A stretch of 42,614 bases of DNA from Candidatus Micrarchaeota archaeon (GTDB lineage: Archaea; Micrarchaeota; Micrarchaeia; Anstonellales; Anstonellaceae). The notes under the pieces are model-generated. The model did no database searches and was not told the origin of the DNA. It saw nothing but the letters and a program-made list of their open reading frames with translations. Of the stretch, positions 36,002 through 42,614 are shown in pieces. The position numbers and the translations under genes were made by a program. Position 1 is the first letter of the stretch, and every line of letters starts with the position of its first letter. The stretch lies in assembly GCA_043810635.1 (NCBI GenBank), contig JBDRNY010000076.1, positions 1 to 42,614 on the forward strand, written 5' to 3'.

Positions 36002-36643
36002 TTAGAAAGAGAAAAAATTTGCTTTTATTTCATCCCTTATTTCTATTCTTGCAGCCCTTCTTGATTCTGCTGCACCAAGCTTTATTACAATAGTATCTCC
36101 GACCACTTTCTGCCCTTCATGGTCGTGGATGTGCCCGCAAATAACCATGAGAGGTTTTTTTGATTTGATGCATTCCCTTACTGCAACGCTTCCAACATGC
36201 AAATTTCCGCTTACACTGTCAAATATTCCCTTGGGCGGGGGATGGCTTACCAAAACAGTGTTTTCATCAACATTTGATGCATTTAATATATGCTCTATTT
36301 GCGTTTCAGACAATTCACTCGGGGTGTGGAAAGGGGTGGGGTTGCTTCCGCCCAATCCTACCAAATTCCATTCCCCAACTTCTACTTTCCTTCCGTGAAG
36401 ATAATTCGGATTTTGGCGCAATAAATCAACCACTGCAGAATTGTCCATATTTCCGTGCACAAAATAAAACTTTTCCCCGAATATTTCAATCAAATTCTTT
36501 ACAAATGAAATAGGCCCCCTGTTGCTCAAATCCCCTGCACATATTGCAATATCATAATCTTCCCCAGATGCAAGCTTTCTAAGCCCTTCCAATGCATCCT
36601 CATCTGCATGAATATCAGTAAAAGCAAGAATGTTTAGTGCCAT
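36002..36643 (-). CDS. Metallophosphoesterase (calcineurin-like)
   Basis: TDIH, AGDL, GNMD, SHPPP, CGHIHD. Confidence 0.9.
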   Translation of the reverse strand: MALNILAFTDIHADEDALEGLRKLASGEDYDIAICAGDLSNRGPISFVKNLIEIFGEKFYFVHGNMDNSAVVDLLRQNPNYLHGRKVEVGEWNLVGLGGSNPTPFHTPSELSETQIEHILNASNVDENTVLVSHPPPKGIFDSVSGNLHVGSVAVRECIKSKKPLMVICGHIHDHEGQKVVGDTIVIKLGAAESRRAARIEIRDEIKANFFSF

Positions 36644-36668
36644 TAAATTCACCTTTCTTTTTCCAAAA

Positions 36669-37472
36669 TTATTTTTTCTTCTCTTTTGTTTTTTGCAATA
36701 TTGCATTTGCCCTTTTGTCAAACTGCTCTTTTAATTTTCCTGCAATACTATTGTGGGAATAAGCGTCTGCTTTTGTTGCAATTGCGATTTTTGCGGCCAA
36801 TGCACGCGCCAATTTTCCTCTTGCTTTTTTCGGTGCGGTGGATATTAGAGGGTGCTGAAATATCAATCCGTGCTTGGGAGGGGGGGAGCCGGATTTAAGA
36901 TGCTTGAATAATGCTTTTTCTGCCCCCAATACCTGAATTGTTGAAGAGGGGAATGATGCAAGCCTTTTCAAGCTTCCTGCCTGGGCGATTAATTTTGCTG
37001 TAACTCCGGGGCCGGCGAGAAGGGAAATGTTTGGTGCAAGCTTTTCAGCCAGCTTATTTTGATATTCTTCTAATTTTTCCCTGAAATTATATATTGAAAC
37101 AAGCATTTCAGCATGGGAGCGGAGCATTCCCATGTCATCTTCTGAAAATTTTACTCCTACAGAATTTTTTGCTTTTTCTAATACAGAATTTGCACTCTCC
37201 CCTAGAATTTCCCTTACTTTTCCTTCATCAGGGGAAGTTCTGTCAAGTATAAGGGCTATTTTTGTGTATTTTACAGGGTCGCGGTGCTTAAATTCCGGAA
37301 AATGCAGGCCATACCATTCTGTAAGCCGCTCATATGCCAAATTTGATATTTTGTTTAATTCGTCTACTGATGAAACCGCCTGCACCAAAATATGATCCGG
37401 GGAAGTAAGAGCTTCTTTTACCCCTGCTTTTGCCTTTCTTACAAATTTTGAATGGTCAAACCTTTTAGACAT
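36669..37472 (-). CDS. nop5: Nop5/Nop56-family C/D box sRNP core protein, short form
   Basis: EWYGLHFPE, APN, PSSTIQVLGAEKALF, PKHGLIFQHP, RGKLARALA. Confidence 0.9.
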   Translation of the reverse strand: MSKRFDHSKFVRKAKAGVKEALTSPDHILVQAVSSVDELNKISNLAYERLTEWYGLHFPEFKHRDPVKYTKIALILDRTSPDEGKVREILGESANSVLEKAKNSVGVKFSEDDMGMLRSHAEMLVSIYNFREKLEEYQNKLAEKLAPNISLLAGPGVTAKLIAQAGSLKRLASFPSSTIQVLGAEKALFKHLKSGSPPPKHGLIFQHPLISTAPKKARGKLARALAAKIAIATKADAYSHNSIAGKLKEQFDKRANAILQKTKEKKK

Positions 37473-37535
37473 TAATTAACACCGATTACAATTAACGCGT
37501 GCAAGGTATTTAAGCTGTGCGGAAGTGCTTTTTTC

Positions 37536-38054
37536 ATGATACTCTCTGACAAGGACATAAAAAATGAGATAAAGAGGGGAAGGATAAAATTTACCCCTAA
37601 ATTGGAAAAAAGGCAGATAGGCCCTGCTTCTGTGGATTTGACCCTTGCGCCCCGCTTCTGGATATTTAGGGAAGAATTTGAAGGAAAAGTGGTTGACTTG
37701 AAAAAAGTTCATTTTTCACAGGCATTTAAGCAAATAAAAGTAAAATCTATTGTGCTCTCGTCAGGGCAATTATGCCTTGGGATAACAAAGGAGAAGATTA
37801 AGTTGGCGCCGGACATTATGGGCGCGCTTGAAGGAAGAAGCAGGTATGCACGGATGGGATTGGCAGTGCATGTAACTTCTGCATTAGTGCAGCCAGGAAG
37901 CAACAACCACCAAGTGCTGGAAATTGTAAATATGGCTCCGTCTCCAGTAAAAATATGGTCTGGCATGAGAATTTCGCAGGTTGTGTTTGAATATTTGAAT
38001 ACTCCTACTTCCAAGCCTTATGCTAAATTTGGGAAAATTGCAAGGAAACAATAA
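37536..38054 (+). CDS. dcd: dCTP deaminase
   Basis: MILSDKDI, GPASVDLTL, EGRSRYARMGL, LEIVN. Confidence 0.9.
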   Translation: MILSDKDIKNEIKRGRIKFTPKLEKRQIGPASVDLTLAPRFWIFREEFEGKVVDLKKVHFSQAFKQIKVKSIVLSSGQLCLGITKEKIKLAPDIMGALEGRSRYARMGLAVHVTSALVQPGSNNHQVLEIVNMAPSPVKIWSGMRISQVVFEYLNTPTSKPYAKFGKIARKQ

Positions 38055-38055
38055 A

Positions 38056-38340
38056 CTATTTCTTTATTTTATAAATTCTGTCATGATGGTCAAAATCCGC
38101 AAACAAGATAAAATTTTTTTCCAAATTTACTTCAAATGTCAGCACAAAGTGCTTGTCAATATGCACCCGCTTTAGGTTGCTTAAATCATGCCGCAAGTTT
38201 TTGTAATGCTTGATAGCCTCTGGAGGGGAGTTTATTATCTCGTCTGTTTTTTTCTTGATTATTTTCGCCTTTTTCTTATCTTTTTTGGCAAGCTTCTTTA
38301 TTTTCAGCTTCAGAACCTGCGAAAAGTCGTATTTGAACAT
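38056..38340 (-). CDS. RelE/StbE-family toxin
   Basis: YKNLRHDLSNLKRVHIDKHFVLTF...DFDHHDRIY; start taken as ATG 38340. Confidence 0.85.
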   Translation of the reverse strand: MFKYDFSQVLKLKIKKLAKKDKKKAKIIKKKTDEIINSPPEAIKHYKNLRHDLSNLKRVHIDKHFVLTFEVNLEKNFILFADFDHHDRIYKIKK

Positions 38341-38341
38341 T

Positions 38342-38593
38342 TTAACCCTCAAAAAGCTCATCATACTCTCTTTGGCTCATGCGCCTTTTGGGGTATTTTT
38401 TCATATGCTCATCACATATTTCAAGTATTTTTTTTACATATTCCTCGGAAGCGCCCTCCTCAACATATTCTGTGCCATAGAGGCGGATGAATTTGTTGAG
38501 TGCCTCGGATTTGTCGTGCAGGTTGTATTTTGCCTTTATTACATTGAGCACCTGGTTGCAATATTCATCGATATTTATTTGCGCCATTACCAT
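38342..38593 (-). CDS. Antitoxin, DUF2683-like
   Basis: MVMAQINIDEYCNQVLNVIKAKYNLHDKSEALN; paralog of 2337-2573. Confidence 0.82.
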   Translation of the reverse strand: MVMAQINIDEYCNQVLNVIKAKYNLHDKSEALNKFIRLYGTEYVEEGASEEYVKKILEICDEHMKKYPKRRMSQREYDELFEG

Positions 38594-38619
38594 ATATACC
38601 ACATATATATGGTATATAT
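38588..38619. promoter_or_regulatory. Putative antitoxin operator overlapping the start codon
   Basis: Perfect 11-bp inverted repeat TACCATATATA-ccaca-TATATATGGTA, overlapping ATATATACC...GGTATATAT. Confidence 0.65.
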
Positions 38620-38667
38620 TTAAAGTATATAAAGCTTTGGTTGGCAAAAATCGCCCTTCAGCATCAA

Positions 38668-39576
38668 TCATTTTTTAGAAAACAATTCAGTACTCAGATA
38701 CCTTTCCCCCCTGTCAGGGAAAATTGTCACAATGTTTGAGCCGTCTTTTGCTTTTTTTGCAGTTTCGATTGCAGCAAATAATGCGGCGCCGCTTGACATG
38801 CCGACAAAAATTCCCTCTTCTTTAACAATCCTCCTGGCAATCTCAAATGCTTTCTCAGTTTCAACCATCACATTCCTGTCAATTTTGGTTTCGTCATAAA
38901 TGGAGGGAACAATTGCCTCTTCCATGCTTTTCAAGCTCTGGATATAATGCCCCTTCACAGGATGGGCACACACAATTTGTATGGAAGGGTTTTTTTCTTT
39001 CAAATATTTTCCAACACCCATAATGGTGCCGGAAGTGCCTATTGCAGAAACAAAATAATCAATCTTGCCATTCATCTGGGAATAAATTTCCTCTGCAGTG
39101 GTTTTGTAATGGGCTATTTTATTGTATTTGTTTGAAAACTGGTCTGGCATAAAATATTTCTCAGGATATTTTTTGACAAGCTCACGGGCTTTGATAATTG
39201 CCCCGTCAGTGCCTAATTTGGCATCAGTAAGTGTCACTTTTGCGCCAAACGCCTCAATTGTCCTTCTTCTTTCAACAGATACTGCGGCGCTCATCACAAT
39301 CTCAACATCATAGCCTTTGCATGCACCAACCATGGCAAGCCCTATGCCGGTGTTGCCGGAAGTAGGTTCAATAATCGTCTTCCCTTTCTTCAACTCGCCG
39401 TTTTTTTCAGCCTGCTCAATCATTTTCAGCGCAATCCTATCTTTTATGCTGCCTGTTGGATTCACCCCCTCAAATTTGGCATAAATATTGACATTTTTAT
39501 TTGGATTTAATTTATTGATTTTGATGATGGGAGTATTTCCAATCGCTTCTAAAATATTATTATACAACAAAAGCAC
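38668..39576 (-). CDS. Cysteine synthase family PLP enzyme (CysK/CysM)
   Basis: IGNTP, NPTGSIKDR, EPTSGNTG, GTSGT, GMSSGA, FPDRGERYLS. Confidence 0.92.
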   Translation of the reverse strand: MLLLYNNILEAIGNTPIIKINKLNPNKNVNIYAKFEGVNPTGSIKDRIALKMIEQAEKNGELKKGKTIIEPTSGNTGIGLAMVGACKGYDVEIVMSAAVSVERRRTIEAFGAKVTLTDAKLGTDGAIIKARELVKKYPEKYFMPDQFSNKYNKIAHYKTTAEEIYSQMNGKIDYFVSAIGTSGTIMGVGKYLKEKNPSIQIVCAHPVKGHYIQSLKSMEEAIVPSIYDETKIDRNVMVETEKAFEIARRIVKEEGIFVGMSSGAALFAAIETAKKAKDGSNIVTIFPDRGERYLSTELFSKK

Positions 39577-39635
39577 CTTTTCATATTTGCATGTTTGATT
39601 ATTTAAATAGAATATAACAAAAAATTCAAATTTTG

Positions 39636-41405
39636 CTAAAACATCCTAGCAGCATTTATTCTCATTATTTCATCAAGCAATTCCATTTCCCCCTCATTCA
39701 ATACTTGCGAGCATTTGGTTTGCAATATTTGAGATTGCTGCTTGTTGATAAATGTATAAAGAAAATCTCCTGCTTTAAATGTTTTTCCGCAATATGGCCC
39801 TGAAATTGAAATTGCAACTTTATCCCCTGCATTTGCCTCTTCAACAGATTTTCCATCCAATTGAATTGTTTTTATGCTTCCTATAATTTCCCCGTTTGAA
39901 AGCATTACAGGTGTTTTTGGCTTCAATTTCCCTGCTTTCACTTCCACTCCGAATATTGCGGGCTTGCATAGCCTGAAAAAGCAGTTTGGCAATACAACTA
40001 ATTTTGCAGGAAACGGAATATTGCTCATTATATCAGAAGTGTCTTTTTCTTTTTCGCAAACAGACCATTTCAGATAATCATCAACAATCGAATAAATCAC
40101 TTTTGAGGAAAATATCGGAATATTGCAGTTTTTTGCCTCTTCTTCAGCATCATTATTTGCAGATACATTAAATGCAAGCACTGCCCCGACATATTTGTTT
40201 TGCAAAGAAGCTGAATGCGCTGAAATAATGTCCATTTTTACTACAGGGCCTATTGAAATTTGCTTTATTGGAACAGAAGCATTTCTCAAAAGCCTCATAA
40301 GAGCTTCGGCAGAACCTAATGTATCGGTTTTTACTATCACACCTGCCAAATTTTTCTCGTCTATCAATATTTTATTTACTTGTTTTGCTATTTCTTCCTC
40401 AATTTTCTTTCCAATTTTCTCTGAAGAAACTGCGGAGAGGGGGGAGCCTGCCAATGCCCCTTCCAATCCGGGCGCATATATTTTGATTCCTGCAGCTGCC
40501 GCAATTTCATCAACATAAACATATTTCAAACTTCCAGAAGTTTTTTCACCTGGCATTGGGGGGCGCAAAAGCCCCCTAATTTTTGCCACCTTTGGCCCTT
40601 GCGCTGTTGCAAATGCAATCAAATCATTTTTTTTCAAAGTGCCGTCATAAATGATTACATCAATTGTTGTGCCAAGCCCTTTCTCATCTTTTACTTCCAA
40701 TATAGAGCCTTTTGCAGGGCCGGACACTTCTGCCTGCAAGCCATCTGAAAGAAATTTTTGGCATAAGCCAGACAAATAAAGAAGCAATTCCGCAATTCCT
40801 TCTCCTGTTTTTGCAGAGCAGGGGACGATTATAATTTGCTTTGTAAAATCTTCAACATTGTCATATCTTTCAGATTCAAACCCCATTTCAGAAAGCTTTC
40901 CGACTGCAGTATATAATTTTTGCTCAACCATTGCCTGCACTATTGGGGATTGGAGCGAGAGGGAATGTTGTATTGAGGGAGTGGATTGCTTTTTCCACCC
41001 CTGCACCAAATCCACTTTATTTAATGCAATTATGAAAGGAGTTTTGTTTGTGCGCAATATTTTCAATGATTCCACTGTCTGAGGCTGGATGCCCTGCATA
41101 ATATCTATTACCAATATTGCAATGTCTGCAATAGACCCTCCCCTTTCCCTCATTGATGTAAATGCCTCATGCCCAGGAGTGTCTATAAAAAGCAAGCCAG
41201 GCATTTTTAGGGATTTTTCAGCAGTTTGCGCAAGGGGGCCGCAAACTTTTACAATTGTTTTTTTAGGCAGATAATATGCCCCAATCATCTGAGTAATTTG
41301 CCCTGCCTCTTTTTTTGCAATAGCGCTTCCTCTAATGTAATCCAAAATGGAAGTTTTACCATGGTCTACATGGGCCAAAATGCATATTACCGGAGAGCGC
41401 AACAT
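39636..41405 (-). CDS. infB: Translation initiation factor aIF5B (IF-2)
   Basis: LRSPVICILAHVDHGKT, ITQMIGA, FIDTPGHEAF, NKVD, DTLGSAEAL. Confidence 0.96.
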   Translation of the reverse strand: MLRSPVICILAHVDHGKTSILDYIRGSAIAKKEAGQITQMIGAYYLPKKTIVKVCGPLAQTAEKSLKMPGLLFIDTPGHEAFTSMRERGGSIADIAILVIDIMQGIQPQTVESLKILRTNKTPFIIALNKVDLVQGWKKQSTPSIQHSLSLQSPIVQAMVEQKLYTAVGKLSEMGFESERYDNVEDFTKQIIIVPCSAKTGEGIAELLLYLSGLCQKFLSDGLQAEVSGPAKGSILEVKDEKGLGTTIDVIIYDGTLKKNDLIAFATAQGPKVAKIRGLLRPPMPGEKTSGSLKYVYVDEIAAAAGIKIYAPGLEGALAGSPLSAVSSEKIGKKIEEEIAKQVNKILIDEKNLAGVIVKTDTLGSAEALMRLLRNASVPIKQISIGPVVKMDIISAHSASLQNKYVGAVLAFNVSANNDAEEEAKNCNIPIFSSKVIYSIVDDYLKWSVCEKEKDTSDIMSNIPFPAKLVVLPNCFFRLCKPAIFGVEVKAGKLKPKTPVMLSNGEIIGSIKTIQLDGKSVEEANAGDKVAISISGPYCGKTFKAGDFLYTFINKQQSQILQTKCSQVLNEGEMELLDEIMRINAARMF

Positions 41406-41501
41406 GTCTAACACCGCAATTAGTTATACAATAGTTTTGTTGGAGGCGGTTTTTATTTGTTGGTATTAACTTTGTATTCGATGAACAGAGAAAAGTGCAG
41501 A

Positions 41502-42215
41502 TTAGTTTTTGGATATATTAATACTTAAGTCGTTTGTTGTTATTGCTTTCATGTTTCTTGGAAATCGGCTACTTGCAATCTTTTTTCTCAGCGTTATCAG
41601 AAAGTTTAGCTTATCCCTCTCTACATTAGTCTGGCTTGCAAGAGAGGATATATTATGAATCAGGGAAGTTCCGCCATTTTTTGAGCCTATAATTGCATAA
41701 AGTCTTAATTCCTTTTTTCTTCTATTGTCTTTTTCTATCTCGTCCAGAAGAGTATATAATTCCCTAAAAGCCTCTTTTTCTGGAGCAGGTGAATGTATAT
41801 AACGCTCAACAAGCTTCAACATACCTAGATTTTTTATATATTCATATTCCTTCCCTTTTTTATCAAAAAAAGCAAGCGCCATGCCGATATCCAGCTTATG
41901 CTTACATCCGAATACTTCTGCAATACCGCTATGAGCACGTGTGAGTCGAAAAACTTTTTTAACATCAAAATCGGCATTAGTAATATTTATAAAATCCCTC
42001 TCAATATTTTCCGGTTCGTCGCTGCTTAACTTGCGTCCATCTTTTACACGGAGAAAAACTGGGTGTGTATAAATTTGTTTCTCTGCCCTGCTCTCGTGAC
42101 CCTTGGGGAGGTCACTGCCTCTTTTGTAAACAAAATCATCCACCCTTGCACCGCCTATGGACCATTTTTCAAGCAAATCGGCAAAGGCAAAATATGTTTT
42201 CACACCCATTAGCAT
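41502..42215 (-). CDS. Hypothetical protein
   Basis: 237-aa ORF filling the gap; no recognisable motif. Confidence 0.65.
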   Translation of the reverse strand: MLMGVKTYFAFADLLEKWSIGGARVDDFVYKRGSDLPKGHESRAEKQIYTHPVFLRVKDGRKLSSDEPENIERDFINITNADFDVKKVFRLTRAHSGIAEVFGCKHKLDIGMALAFFDKKGKEYEYIKNLGMLKLVERYIHSPAPEKEAFRELYTLLDEIEKDNRRKKELRLYAIIGSKNGGTSLIHNISSLASQTNVERDKLNFLITLRKKIASSRFPRNMKAITTNDLSINISKN

Positions 42216-42327
42216 CTACCCTGCAATATATAATCAATCTGCACTTTTAAATGTTTCTATTAGTGTTAATTGAAGGAATTATATTTTGAGTAAAAAGTTA
42301 ATAATGGTAGAAAAGCGAATACATAGT

Positions 42328-42614
42328 ATGATAATAGAAGGAAAAGATGTTGAAGCAAAGGGGATGGTTAAAAACACCAGGCAGAAGGGGCAGATACAGC
42401 CGGCAGGGGTGGATTTAAGCGTGGAAAGCATTTGGAGGTTTGACAGAATGGGGGTTATTGACGAGGACAATTCAAAAAGAAAAATTCCAGAATGCCACCA
42501 GATTAAATGGAAAGAGGACGGCAGCATTGAGCTTGAGCCGGGCGCATACAAAATAATATTTAATGAAATTGTTTCAATTCCAAAAGATGCTGCGGCAATT
42601 GCAAGGCCGCGCTC
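42328..42614 (+). CDS. Archaeal dUTPase / dCTP-deaminase-family protein, N-terminal part (runs off the window)
   Basis: Manual translation MIIEGKDVEAKGMVKNTRQKGQIQPAGVDLSV...LEPGAYKIIFNEIVSIPKDAAAIARPR. Confidence 0.85.
   Translation, partial: MIIEGKDVEAKGMVKNTRQKGQIQPAGVDLSVESIWRFDRMGVIDEDNSKRKIPECHQIKWKEDGSIELEPGAYKIIFNEIVSIPKDAAAIARPR

Noticed and set aside
38594..38671. N-terminal extension of the antitoxin in the ORF track
   Set aside because: It runs through the operator/TATA region; paralog alignment supports ATG 38593.
41355..41385. aIF5B P-loop reads AHVDHGKT instead of GHVDHGKT
   Set aside because: Ala at this position is common in other translational GTPases; unlikely to matter.
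1..42614. Numerous antisense and overlapping ORFs of 60-230 aa in the track
   Set aside because: They are shadows of well-supported genes on the opposite strand or in another frame, and have no motifs.

Overview
AT-rich, gene-dense archaeal chromosomal segment. It is most likely from a DPANN archaeon, probably Micrarchaeota; this is an inference from gene content and style. Housekeeping genes include the rpl21e-rpoF-DUF655-rsmA operon, TBP, aIF5B, Nop5, Dus, tRNA-Pro(TGG), pyrE, purC/purE, dcd, dUTPase, agmatinase, cysteine synthase, a DGGGP-synthase-like UbiA, and the HTH-HMG-CoA synthase-thiolase-DUF35 mevalonate operon. There are three RelE-type toxin-antitoxin pairs and several large orphan proteins. 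No CRISPR array, transposase, integrase or rRNA was seen. The most unusual signals are: (1) a family of ~100-200 bp non-coding elements built from GAA-loop mini-hairpins with covarying stems and shared linkers, one inserted in the mevalonate operon with a duplication that regenerates the RBS and start codon, and one behind tRNA-Pro; (2) a TBP whose two halves are ~78% identical; (3) a LysM-like + ankyrin + NlpC/P60-like protein; (4) a 1287-aa protein whose C-terminal half resembles a beta-barrel; (5) a tRNA 3' fragment between 23-bp direct repeats; (6) a PAP2-phosphatase/polyprenol-kinase fusion. All family assignments come from motif recognition by eye, with no database searches.
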